Shown here: positions 1 through 8,879 of the stretch, piece by piece
How the letters are laid out: each line of letters begins with the position of its first letter
Numbering within the stretch: position 1 is the stretch's first letter
From: an uncultured Actinomycetota bacterium
GTDB lineage: Bacteria > Actinomycetota > Humimicrobiia > Humimicrobiales > Humimicrobiaceae
Length of the DNA stretch: 64,000 nt
NCBI GenBank assembly: GCA_964392345.1
Contig: CAYMPQ010000001.1
Span: forward strand, 5,114 to 69,113
Direction of reading: 5' to 3'
Notes under the pieces: model-generated
What the model was told of the DNA's origin: nothing
The model's input: the letters and a program-made list of their open reading frames with translations, nothing else
Database searches by the model: none
Translations under genes and position numbers: made by a program

Positions 1-182
1 TTATGTTTCTTGCAATGCTGCTCCTGATAGCTTATGTAGTGTGTGAAAATAAAATAGCTGGCACCAAAATTATTATTAATGATGAATAAATTATTTTTTA
101 AAAACAGCAAAAAGCCCTGTTGCTCATATAAAAATCTAAACGAAAGCTTGACAGAAAATAAAATTATTAGTACCATAATGCT

Positions 183-211
183 ATTGACTGTTAGCGGTAT
201 CATAATCATAA
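183..211 (+). promoter_or_regulatory. Candidate sigma70-like promoter for the LacI-family regulator gene: TTGACT, 17 nt spacer, CATAAT. A second similar TTGACA...CATAAT copy lies about 35 bp upstream.
   Basis: Hexamers read directly in the sequence upstream of the 232 start; the motif CATAATGCT is duplicated at ~174 and ~206. Confidence 0.3.
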
Positions 212-231
212 TGCTCGAATAAAATAAAGTT

Positions 232-1239
232 ATGAAAGCAAGAGCGACAATTAGAGATGTTGCAAAAAAGTCAAATGTTTCTTTGATGACGGTTTCCCGG
301 GTAGTTAACAAAAAAGGCAATATTTCAAAAGCAACTGCAGCCAAAGTTTTAAAAGCAATTAGAGAATTAAATTATAGGCCCAATATAACAGCAAGAAGCC
401 TGGCTGCTAAAAAGAGTGACTTTATTGCAATAATAGTACCTGATATTTCTAACCCATTTTTTTCTGAAATGATAAAAGGTGCCGAAGATTTTGCAAGAGA
501 AAATGGGTATAATATTTTTCTTGGTGATACCGAAGGTAGAGTAGAGCTGGAGAAGGAATATATTGATGCAGCTATCAATAGAATGGCTGACGGCATTATA
601 CTTGTTGCTCCCCGTTTAGAAAATAGTCTTATTTGTGAAATAAATGATAATATACCTTTAGTAATAGTAGATCGGTCTATAAATAAAAATAATATTCCGC
701 AGGTATACATTGATAATTTAAAAGGGGCCATATCAGCTGTGGAGCATTTAATTAATCTTAATCACAAACACATAGCATTTTTATCTGGACCTAAAGATGT
801 TCAGGATAGCTTACAGAGGGAAAAGGGATATATTATGGCACTGAAAAAACATAATATACCTGTTAATCCTAAATTAATGTTAACCGGTGATTTTAGCTTT
901 GAAGGCGGCAGAGATGCTTTTGAAAAATTTTTCAGTAATTATCATAAACCAACAGCAATTTTTGCTTCCAATGATATAATGGCATTTGGGTTGATTCAAC
1001 GCGCACATGAAATGAATGTAAAAGTTCCCAAAGATGTGTCAATTGTTGGATTTGATGATATTTCATTGTCTTCCCTGATTAATCCACCTCTTACCACGGT
1101 TCGCCATCCCATGTTAAAAATGGGAATCAAAGCAGTTGAACTACTTATAAATAAATTAAATAATAAGCTGGATACTAAAATTAGCTTTAACTTAGAAAAT
1201 ACATTAATAGTTAGAAAGTCTACAAGAGAAATTAAATAA
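232..1239 (+). CDS. LacI/GalR-family transcriptional regulator (N-terminal HTH, periplasmic-binding-protein-like sugar-binding core)
   Basis: N-terminus ATIRDVAKKSNVSLMTVSRVVNKKGNISKATAAKVLKAIRELNYRPN is the classic LacI HTH; 335 aa is the typical length; C-terminal FASNDIMAFG and VSIVGFDD are typical LacI core motifs. Confidence 0.85.
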   Translation: MKARATIRDVAKKSNVSLMTVSRVVNKKGNISKATAAKVLKAIRELNYRPNITARSLAAKKSDFIAIIVPDISNPFFSEMIKGAEDFARENGYNIFLGDTEGRVELEKEYIDAAINRMADGIILVAPRLENSLICEINDNIPLVIVDRSINKNNIPQVYIDNLKGAISAVEHLINLNHKHIAFLSGPKDVQDSLQREKGYIMALKKHNIPVNPKLMLTGDFSFEGGRDAFEKFFSNYHKPTAIFASNDIMAFGLIQRAHEMNVKVPKDVSIVGFDDISLSSLINPPLTTVRHPMLKMGIKAVELLINKLNNKLDTKISFNLENTLIVRKSTREIK

Positions 1240-1434
1240 GAATGGTTTAAAAACTTTATTGTTCTTTGACAATTTAATTAAAGGCTTAAGAATATTCTTG
1301 AGACTAGTTTTATAAGAAGGTTATAAGAACCAGTTATAAAATTGACTTGACAAACTAATTTATTTCACTTACACTATTTCATAGTACCCCTGAGGTCATT
1401 TGTAATTTTATAAATTTTTATAAAACTAACTGGA

Positions 1435-2649
1435 ATGACTACTTTAAGAAAACGAAAAGCAGTTAAGCAAATCAATAGAAAAGTAATTTTAAATATCCTT
1501 CGCAATTCAGGTGAAATATCGATAGCAGAACTTTCAAAAAAGGTAGATTTAAGCAAGACAACGCTCATGAAAATAATGAATTATTATATTGGCAAAGGGC
1601 TTGTTGCTGTCACAGGTAAAGGGAAATCTACTGAAGAAGGCGGCAAAAAGCCAAATATTTTTAAGTTTAATGCAGATGGAGGATACGCTGTTGGAATAGT
1701 GATTTTTGCGAACAAACTGCTATCAGTAATTACTAATCTTAGAGGAGAAATACTCAAGAAAATTTCAGTTGAATTACAAACTAACGAGAAATTTAATATT
1801 GTTTTAAAAAAGTTAGTCAATTCTTATGAACAACTTATAAATGATACAGGTATTGATAGAAAAAAGATCACAGGCCTTGCGGTGGGTACTTATGGTGTAA
1901 CAAATTTTGATAAGGGTGTGGTAATATTTTCCCCACATTTTCCTTCGTGGGGCGAAAATGTTGAACTGAAGAAAAATATATCTGAACAAATACCTGACAA
2001 AATACCTATCTATGTTGATAACGGCAACAGGTTTCAGGCTTTTGCTGAAAAAACCGTGGGCATTGCAAGACATGAAAAGAATATTGTTACCTTAATAGCA
2101 GGCAAAGGACTGGGTTCCGGGATAATAATGGAGAATGAAATAAAAAGGGGCGGACATTTCCTGGTTGGAGAAGTAGGACATATGATTATAAATCCTATAA
2201 GCGAAGAAATATGTGCATGCGGAGGAAAGGGCTGTTTTGAAGCTATGGTGTCAACCGCAAGAATAATCCGAATGGCTAAAGAAAAATATGATAGATACCC
2301 TGGTTCATTGGTTTTTAATGGAGGAAATCCTGGTGAAATAAATATATATAATATATTTAATGCATCAGCTAAATATGATGAACTTGCATTAGAACTTATA
2401 GATGATGTAATTAATTGGTTTGCTATTGGGATATCTAACATAATTCTTTTGTATGACCCTCAAATAATAATAATACAGGGAATATTTGCAAAAGCTGGAA
2501 AATATTTCTTAGATAATCTTAGAAAAAGGGTTAATGAAATTTCTCTGCCAAAGATAAAAAAAGAGACTAAAATTAAATATTCTGAACTTGGTGATAAGGC
2601 GGGTGTGCTGGGAGCAGTATCTTATGCTATTTCTAAATATTTTGAATAA
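1435..2649 (+). CDS. ROK-family transcriptional regulator (NagC/XylR-like): N-terminal winged HTH plus ROK sugar-kinase-like domain with a Zn-binding Cys cluster
   Basis: N-terminal HTH (INRKVILNILRNSGEISIAELSKKVDLSKTTLMKIM), 404 aa, ROK zinc motif HxxxxxEEICACGGKGCFEA, glycine-rich loops. Confidence 0.8.
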   Translation: MTTLRKRKAVKQINRKVILNILRNSGEISIAELSKKVDLSKTTLMKIMNYYIGKGLVAVTGKGKSTEEGGKKPNIFKFNADGGYAVGIVIFANKLLSVITNLRGEILKKISVELQTNEKFNIVLKKLVNSYEQLINDTGIDRKKITGLAVGTYGVTNFDKGVVIFSPHFPSWGENVELKKNISEQIPDKIPIYVDNGNRFQAFAEKTVGIARHEKNIVTLIAGKGLGSGIIMENEIKRGGHFLVGEVGHMIINPISEEICACGGKGCFEAMVSTARIIRMAKEKYDRYPGSLVFNGGNPGEINIYNIFNASAKYDELALELIDDVINWFAIGISNIILLYDPQIIIIQGIFAKAGKYFLDNLRKRVNEISLPKIKKETKIKYSELGDKAGVLGAVSYAISKYFE

Positions 2650-2767
2650 TATAATGGCAATACTGATGAGGATTTATATTAAAATATAAGTTTATTATAA
2701 GGGCAATATTAAAGAAATTTAAGGGGGTGGTTAAGGAGAAATATTAATCAAATTGTCAATTGTTTGT

Positions 2768-2784
2768 TGTAATCAAAATTTACA
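2768..2784. promoter_or_regulatory. Possible operator dyad TGTAA-N7-TTACA immediately upstream of the substrate-binding-protein RBS
   Basis: tgtaatcaaaatttaca read directly; cre/LacI-like half-sites; sits between a putative -10 and the RBS aaaggagggg. Confidence 0.2.
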
Positions 2785-2796
2785 AAAGGAGGGGAA

Positions 2797-4212
2797 ATGA
2801 AAAAAACATTATTGTGGATTGTTGTCTTAGTGATAAGCATATCGATGGTAATAGGCTTTTCACTCAGTGGCTGCAAAGAAGAAGCAGCACCTGCTGAAGA
2901 AGCACCTGCTGAAGAGGCACCTGCTGAAGAGGCACCTGCTGAAGAAGCACCTGCAGGTGAGCAGTTCATAACTATTCACTGGGCGCAATGGCAGCCGGCT
3001 GATGCTCTTGAAGAACTTTCTAAAGGCTTTACTGCTGAAACAGGTATTGGTGTAATTGTTGAGCAGACTCCATGGGAAACATTTGTTCAAAAGTATAATA
3101 CAGAGATGATTGCCCGTAGTGATGCCTGGGATATTATAGTTGGTGATAGCCAGGATATTGGTAATATGGCAGTAAACGGACATTATGTAGATTTAACCGA
3201 CTGGGTAATAGAGCATGGAGTTGATAAGAGCTTTACTCCTGCCTCTTTAACTTATTATGCAGAATATCCCAAGGGAGCTGGAAAATATTATGCAGTTCCA
3301 TGTGAAGGAGATGCACTTGGCTGGGCATACCGTAAAGACTTATTTGAAGATCCTGACAATATGGCTGCTTTTGAAGCAAAATATGGGTATGCACTTGGAG
3401 TTCCAGAATCATGGGATGCTCTAAAAGACATAGCTGAATTTTTCCATGACCCAGACAATGATTTCTACGGCGTTGCAATTTATGGGGATAATGGATACGA
3501 TTCACTTGCTATGTTTGCTGAGCAGGTTATCTGGGTTTACGGCGGAGAACTTGGTGATTATGCAACAATGCAGGTTGATGGCCTGTTAAATAGCGAGGGC
3601 GCTATTAAAGGACTAGAATATTACCGGGAACTCTTCCAATTTGTTCCTCCAGGGTTTGGGAATGCATTCTATGTTGCTACAAATGATGCGTTTACAGCTG
3701 GCATAGTTCCAATGGCTACTAATTATTTTGCATTTTTCCCGGCTCTTGCAAATCCTGCGACCAATCCATATGCTGATGTAACAGGTTATTTTGCTTGCCC
3801 GCCGCAGGTAGGTGTAGACGGTGTAGAAAGACAGTTCTCAGCTCTTGGCGGCCAGGGAGCTTCAATGGTAACTTATTCAAAGAAGCAGGATCTGGCATAT
3901 CAGTGGCTGGAATGGTTTGTAAGAGAAGATGTACAGATGGAATGGGTTAAATTAGGTGGCTACACTTGTCATGCAGGAGTTCTAGAGTCTGAAGAATTTC
4001 TTAATGCGGCACCTTATAATCCTGCATTTAAAGTAACCATGGAAATCTTTAAAGACTGGTGGGCATGTCCGGAATATGACATTCTTCTGAGGACATTTAG
4101 TGAGGAGATTGCCAGGTATGTTATTGCAGGAGAAGGAACTGCTGAAGAGACATTAAACAATCTTACAGAAATATGGACAGATATTTTCCAAGAAGCAGGA
4201 TATTATGATTAA
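2797..4212 (+). CDS. ABC transporter substrate-binding lipoprotein, CUT1 (family 1 extracellular solute-binding protein), carbohydrate-type
   Basis: Signal peptide plus lipobox LSGC; 471 aa; aromatic-rich fold typical of sugar SBPs; followed by two MalF/MalG-like permeases; strong RBS. Confidence 0.85.
   Translation: MKKTLLWIVVLVISISMVIGFSLSGCKEEAAPAEEAPAEEAPAEEAPAEEAPAGEQFITIHWAQWQPADALEELSKGFTAETGIGVIVEQTPWETFVQKYNTEMIARSDAWDIIVGDSQDIGNMAVNGHYVDLTDWVIEHGVDKSFTPASLTYYAEYPKGAGKYYAVPCEGDALGWAYRKDLFEDPDNMAAFEAKYGYALGVPESWDALKDIAEFFHDPDNDFYGVAIYGDNGYDSLAMFAEQVIWVYGGELGDYATMQVDGLLNSEGAIKGLEYYRELFQFVPPGFGNAFYVATNDAFTAGIVPMATNYFAFFPALANPATNPYADVTGYFACPPQVGVDGVERQFSALGGQGASMVTYSKKQDLAYQWLEWFVREDVQMEWVKLGGYTCHAGVLESEEFLNAAPYNPAFKVTMEIFKDWWACPEYDILLRTFSEEIARYVIAGEGTAEETLNNLTEIWTDIFQEAGYYD
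2878..2955 (+). repeat. Five tandem in-frame copies of a 15-18 bp unit (gaagaRgcacctgct) encoding (EEAPA)n, a flexible linker just after the lipoprotein Cys
   Basis: Direct tandem repeat visible in DNA; gives EEAAPAEEAPAEEAPAEEAPAEEAPAGE in the SBP and the mirrored SAGASS run in the antisense ORF 2748..2969. Confidence 0.8.
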
Positions 4213-4243
4213 TGCTGTCCTATAATGTTACCCTATGAAAATG

Positions 4244-4270
4244 CTTCCCCCGGGTTCTTCCCGGGGGAAG
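4244..4270 (+). terminator. GC-rich hairpin (cttcccccggg / ttctt / cccgggggaag) between the SBP gene and the permease genes: candidate partial terminator or attenuator giving SBP over-expression
   Basis: Perfect 11-bp inverted repeat read in the sequence; followed by an A-rich rather than U-rich tract, so probably only partial termination. Confidence 0.4.
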
Positions 4271-4302
4271 AAGAAAAATAAGTAGTTTTAGAAGGAATAA
4301 AT

Positions 4303-5223
4303 ATGTTTAAAAGATCAAGAGAAAATCAATTTAATGGCAATCAATTGTTACATCGCAGTATGCGTGATACTACGTTGGTGCGATTATTTATCTTACCAAC
4401 AATTATTTTGTTAATAGCGATAAATATATTTCCTCTGTTTTGGTCTTTGTTTTTAAGTTTCTCTTCTTATTCAGCTAAGGGGGCAACTGAGTGGGGAAAG
4501 AATCCCGAAATGATAGGGGGATTAAATTATTCCCGTATCTTAACCGATCCGAGGATATGGACAAAATTTATAACTACAGCCAAGTATGTAGTTATGTCTG
4601 TGGGTGGAGAAATGATTCTTGGTTTTGGACTTGCTCTTCTCCTCCAATTAAAATTTAAAGGTAAAGGTTTTATAACCACTCTTCTCATATTACCGATGAC
4701 CATGTCTCCTGTAATAGTCGGACTTATGTGGAGATTGTTTTATAACCCAAATTGGGGTATGTTTAATTATTTATTAGGTCTCGGCAAGATAGACTGGATT
4801 TCCGATCCAGCCAGGAATCTTTATTCTATTGTACTTGTAGATATATGGATGTGGACACCTTTTGTCATGCTTCTTTCAATTGCAGGGCTTTCAGCTATTC
4901 CAAAATATTTATATGAAGCTGCAGAAATAGACAGGGCTTCCTGGTGGTTCAAATTTACCCGTATAACTCTACCAATGGTATATCCGCTTCTTTTGGTAGC
5001 TTTAATATTTAGAACCATGGAAGCATTTAAAATATTTGATCTGCCAATGGGAATTACTGGAAGAGGAGCCATGGCGCCACCGCTATTGTCTATGTATCTG
5101 TATAATACTGCATTTGTTACCTGGAAAACAAGTTTTGGCGCCTCGCTTGGTTATATAATGCTAATAATGATTATAGCCATTACAAGCCTCTTTATTAAAT
5201 ATCTTAATAAAGCAAAGACATAG
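4303..5223 (+). CDS. ABC transporter permease, MalF/UgpA-like (CUT1)
   Basis: Six predicted TM segments; EAA loop EAAEIDRASWWFKFTRITLPMV; adjacent to SBP and MalG-like permease. Confidence 0.85.
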   Translation: MFKRSRENQFNGNQLLHRSMRDTTLVRLFILPTIILLIAINIFPLFWSLFLSFSSYSAKGATEWGKNPEMIGGLNYSRILTDPRIWTKFITTAKYVVMSVGGEMILGFGLALLLQLKFKGKGFITTLLILPMTMSPVIVGLMWRLFYNPNWGMFNYLLGLGKIDWISDPARNLYSIVLVDIWMWTPFVMLLSIAGLSAIPKYLYEAAEIDRASWWFKFTRITLPMVYPLLLVALIFRTMEAFKIFDLPMGITGRGAMAPPLLSMYLYNTAFVTWKTSFGASLGYIMLIMIIAITSLFIKYLNKAKT

Positions 5224-5247
5224 CATATTTAACCCGAAAGGAAATTT

Positions 5248-6195
5248 ATGGCAGGGATAGTTAAAAAGAAAAAAAATATTAGCAGGTTTTTTATAATATT
5301 TATACTAATTGTAATTACATTTGTTTATCTCATACCACTTCTGTATGTAGTAAATACATCTTTTAGGCCATGGATTGATATTAAGGAATACCCACCGAAA
5401 ATTATGTTTAAACCGTCAATCAGCAGTTATATAAGGATATTTACATCCAGAGCTGTTTATGCTCCCGGGAAAGAACCCACAGAGGAAGAGTTTGCTAATA
5501 TGAAATGGTATGAACGCATAGTTTATGAAGAGACTAATGAAAAGATAATCCGTATTGGTGATTTACCAAAGAGGTACTTAAATAGTATTATAATTGGTTC
5601 AATAAGTACCGCACTGACAATAATTCTTGGAACGTGTGCAGCATATGGGTTTTCCAGGTTTAAAGTAAGGGGCAAGGATGACCTTTTGTTTTTTATACTT
5701 TCTACTAGAATGCTCCCGCCTGTAGTTGTGGTCATACCAGTTTTTCTTATGTTCAGGTTTCTCGGCCTAAATGATACTCATTTAGGCCTTATACTTTTAT
5801 ACACTGCTTTTAATGTGTCATTTGCTGTCTGGGTGCTTAAAGGATTTATTGATGAGATTCCTATTGAATATGAGGAAGCAGCAATGGTTGACGGCTATAG
5901 CCGTTTACAGGTATTTAGAAAAATAGTTATTCCCCAGGCTTCAACAGGTATTGCTGCAACAGCGGTGTTTTGTTTTGTTTTTGCCTGGAATGAATATGCA
6001 TTTGCCTTTCTTCTTTCAAGGACAGTTGCGCAAACTGTACCTGCGTGGCTGCCTTACCAGATGGGCGTGCTCGGGTATGATTGGGGAGCTGCTGCTGCAG
6101 GAACAGCTGTTTTTCTGCTGCCAGCAATGATATTTACCATTATTTTGAGAAAACACCTGGTGAGAGGTATAACTTTTGGGGCAATAAGAAAATAG
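5248..6195 (+). CDS. ABC transporter permease, MalG/UgpE-like (CUT1) with a long periplasmic loop after TM1
   Basis: EAA motif EAAMVDGYSRLQVFRKIVIPQA; TM topology; operon position. Confidence 0.85.
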   Translation: MAGIVKKKKNISRFFIIFILIVITFVYLIPLLYVVNTSFRPWIDIKEYPPKIMFKPSISSYIRIFTSRAVYAPGKEPTEEEFANMKWYERIVYEETNEKIIRIGDLPKRYLNSIIIGSISTALTIILGTCAAYGFSRFKVRGKDDLLFFILSTRMLPPVVVVIPVFLMFRFLGLNDTHLGLILLYTAFNVSFAVWVLKGFIDEIPIEYEEAAMVDGYSRLQVFRKIVIPQASTGIAATAVFCFVFAWNEYAFAFLLSRTVAQTVPAWLPYQMGVLGYDWGAAAAGTAVFLLPAMIFTIILRKHLVRGITFGAIRK

Positions 6196-6204
6196 GAGAA
6201 AGAC

Positions 6205-6429
6205 ATGATTTCATTTTTTGTTGGCATAGGTTTCTATATCTTAATCGGCTTAATTTTTTGGAAATTTAAAATATTGAAGAGAAAATATTTGGAGCCAGTT
6301 TTTGTGTGGATTATGGTATTTGGAATATTTGCTCTTTGCCAGCCTTTGGTATTTGCTCTATATCATTATGGCTTTGCGATCCTTTTAACTGGGACGCTGG
6401 GATATATTTTTTCAATTCACTTAAAATGA
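6205..6429 (+). CDS. Small two-TM membrane protein (74 aa) immediately after the second permease gene
   Basis: ATG preceded by aggag RBS 9 nt after the permease stop; two clear hydrophobic helices; no recognisable family. Confidence 0.4.
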   Translation: MISFFVGIGFYILIGLIFWKFKILKRKYLEPVFVWIMVFGIFALCQPLVFALYHYGFAILLTGTLGYIFSIHLK

Positions 6430-6537
6430 TTCAAAACCAGAATAATAAACACTTCGGTTTTAATAGCTAGTTGTGTAAATTATTTAAATATTTAAAAACT
6501 ACATAAATAGTACAAATTATTAAATAGGAGGGTTAAG

Positions 6538-7503
6538 ATGAAGTTAGGCGTAATGGCAAATTGTTTTGGTGATAAATCATGGGAAGATGCATGCAAAGCT
6601 GCAAGTGATGCTGGCCTTAGAGCAATTGAACCTGGTTGCGGAGGGTTTGTTGGGAAAGCGCACTGTAATCCTGCCGAGTTATTGAAAGACAAAAATGCTA
6701 TAAAAAAATTCATGGAAGCAGCTGAGAAAAATGGACTGGAAATAAGTGCCCTGTCCTGTCACGGAAATGCAATCCATCCTCAAAAAAGCATTTCAGATGA
6801 GCATACCGCTGATCTGGTAGCATCAATTGAACTTGCTTCAAAAATTGGCGTAAAAGTAATAAACGATTTTGCAGGGTGCCCTGGTGCAGGAGAAGATGCC
6901 AAGTATCCAAACTGGATTACCTGTCCATGGCCGCCATATTTTGGGGATGCTGTCAAATGGCAGTGGGAAAAGAAGGTAGTCCCATTCTGGAAAGAAATGG
7001 TTGAAAAGGCTAAAAAGGCAGGAGTCAAATTTGCTTTTGAGATGCATCCCGGAGATGTAGTTTACAATACTGAAGCTTTGCTGAAGCTGAGAGAAGAAGT
7101 TGGAGCTGAAGAAATTTCCTGCAACTTTGATCCAAGCCACTTATTCTGGCAGGGTATGGACCCAATTGTGTGCATAAAAAAATTGGGCGATGCCATAGTT
7201 CATGTCCATGCAAAAGACAGTAAAGTTGACAGGTCAGTTGTTGATTTTAGAGGAGTAAATGACTGGAAACACTATGGAGATTTAGCTAAAAGGGCATGGA
7301 CATTCAGGACTGTAGGATATGGCCATGGTGTAGAGTTCTGGAATGACTTTGTGTCTGCTCTCAGGCTGGTTGGGTATGATGGGGTTATAAGTATTGAGCA
7401 CGAAGACCCGTTGATGTCTGCAAATGAGGGTTTGAGCAAAGCTATTGAATTTCTAAACAAGGTGCTTCTTTATGAAAAAGTTGGTGAAATGTGGTGGGCA
7501 TAG
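6538..7503 (+). CDS. Sugar phosphate isomerase/epimerase (xylose-isomerase-like TIM barrel, AP_endonuc_2 fold)
   Basis: 321 aa; E/D/H metal-ligand pattern (AIEPG, EMHPGD, HVHAKD) typical of the IolE/IolI/LgdB-type TIM-barrel family. Confidence 0.7.
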   Translation: MKLGVMANCFGDKSWEDACKAASDAGLRAIEPGCGGFVGKAHCNPAELLKDKNAIKKFMEAAEKNGLEISALSCHGNAIHPQKSISDEHTADLVASIELASKIGVKVINDFAGCPGAGEDAKYPNWITCPWPPYFGDAVKWQWEKKVVPFWKEMVEKAKKAGVKFAFEMHPGDVVYNTEALLKLREEVGAEEISCNFDPSHLFWQGMDPIVCIKKLGDAIVHVHAKDSKVDRSVVDFRGVNDWKHYGDLAKRAWTFRTVGYGHGVEFWNDFVSALRLVGYDGVISIEHEDPLMSANEGLSKAIEFLNKVLLYEKVGEMWWA

Positions 7504-7617
7504 ATTAAAGCCTGCTCCAAGTCCAGGTTTTATTTGATTTAAATTTGATAAGTTAAACAATTAAATATGGTTTATAAAATTTTAAAATTAATAAGTTTAA
7601 GGCAGGTGAGGTAATTT

Positions 7618-8817
7618 ATGGCAGAGAAAAAAGTAGGCTTTATAGGGATGGCTGCAGAAAAGAAAGCAGGCAAGATTCCAGAAATTGGGGTTGGGATGCT
7701 TGGCTACTCTTTTATGGGGAAGGCCCATTCTAATGGGTACAAGAAAATGCCTTACATCTTCTGGCCTCCTCCAGCAAAGCCAAAACTAATAAAAATGTGT
7801 GGAAGAACTGAAGAAAAGGTAGCCGAGGAAGCAAAGCGGTATAGATACCTCGAGTATTGTACAGATTGGCACGAGCTTATAAATGATGACAGGATTGATA
7901 TTTTTGTTAATGTTGGACCAAACAATATTCATGCTGAACCATGCATAGAAGCTGCAAAAGCTGGAAAAAACATTGTATGCGAAAAGCCTCTTGCCAGAAA
8001 TTCCGGGGAAGCAAAAGAAATGCTGGAAGCAGCAAAAAAAGCAGGAGTAAAACACCTGTGTAACTTCAATTATAGAATGGTTCCAGCTCTTGTACTTGCA
8101 AAAAATCTAATTTCGGATGGGAAGATTGGAAAAATATTTCACTTTAGAGCAAAGTACCTGCAGGAATGGATAGTAAATCCTAATTTTCCACTAATATGGA
8201 GGCTTGACAAAAAAGTTTGCGGCAGTGGAGCTATGGGTGATTTAGGGGCACATATAGTAGATCTTGCCAGATGGCTGTGCGGGGAGCCAGAAAGTGTTAT
8301 GGCTATGACCAAAACCTTTGTTACCGAAAGGCCTCTTCCGGATAATCCATCAAAGAAAGAAAAAGTAGAGGTTGATGATGCCTTTGTTTCTACTGTTGAA
8401 TTTAGAAATGGTGCAATTGGAGTATTGGAAGCCTCCAGGTTTTGCCCTGGCCGTAAAAATTACGAAACTATTGAAATTAATGGTGAAAAAGGAAGCATCT
8501 GGTGGGATCTTGAGAATATGAATAATCTTCATGTTTACTGGGCAGATGAAGAACCTGCTGATACAAGAGGATTTCACTGTATAAATGTTACTGAGTCATA
8601 TCACCCTTATTATGACAAGTGGTGGCCCCATGGCCATATAATTGGATGGGAGAATACATTCGTACATACTGCATACAATATGGTGAATGCAGTTGTAAAT
8701 GATGCCAAATTAGAACCTATGGTGGCAACTTTTGAAGATGGCTACAGGACAGCTGTAATCTGTGATGCAATGCTGAGGTCTGCAGAGTCAGGGAGAAAAG
8801 AGGAGATATCCTATTAA
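7618..8817 (+). CDS. Gfo/Idh/MocA-family NAD(P)-dependent oxidoreductase
   Basis: N-terminal Rossmann (IGVGMLGYSFMGKAHS), EKPLA motif, 399 aa; family typical of inositol/glycoside/levoglucosan 3-dehydrogenases. Confidence 0.8.
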   Translation: MAEKKVGFIGMAAEKKAGKIPEIGVGMLGYSFMGKAHSNGYKKMPYIFWPPPAKPKLIKMCGRTEEKVAEEAKRYRYLEYCTDWHELINDDRIDIFVNVGPNNIHAEPCIEAAKAGKNIVCEKPLARNSGEAKEMLEAAKKAGVKHLCNFNYRMVPALVLAKNLISDGKIGKIFHFRAKYLQEWIVNPNFPLIWRLDKKVCGSGAMGDLGAHIVDLARWLCGEPESVMAMTKTFVTERPLPDNPSKKEKVEVDDAFVSTVEFRNGAIGVLEASRFCPGRKNYETIEINGEKGSIWWDLENMNNLHVYWADEEPADTRGFHCINVTESYHPYYDKWWPHGHIIGWENTFVHTAYNMVNAVVNDAKLEPMVATFEDGYRTAVICDAMLRSAESGRKEEISY

Positions 8818-8879
8818 ATCCTATTAAAAGGTTAAGGCTTGAAGAGATAAATTGTTATATGTACTACTGGAGGGAATAA

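Noticed and set aside
372-731. 119-aa minus-strand ORF
   Set aside because: Antisense within the LacI-family regulator gene; hydrophobic low-complexity translation typical of AT-rich shadow frames.
2878-2955. Possible CRISPR-like array because of regularly spaced identical 15-bp units
   Set aside because: Units are contiguous with no spacers, are in-frame coding sequence, and no cas genes are present; it is a coding tandem repeat.
2748-2969. Minus-strand ORF encoding SAGASSAGASSAGASS low-complexity protein
   Set aside because: It is the antisense reading of the (EEAPA)n tandem repeat inside the well-supported SBP gene; a shadow ORF.
7510-7540. Possible terminator after the first TIM-barrel gene (cctg...cagg then ttttatttg)
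   Set aside because: Only a 4-bp stem with a 9-nt loop; not convincing.
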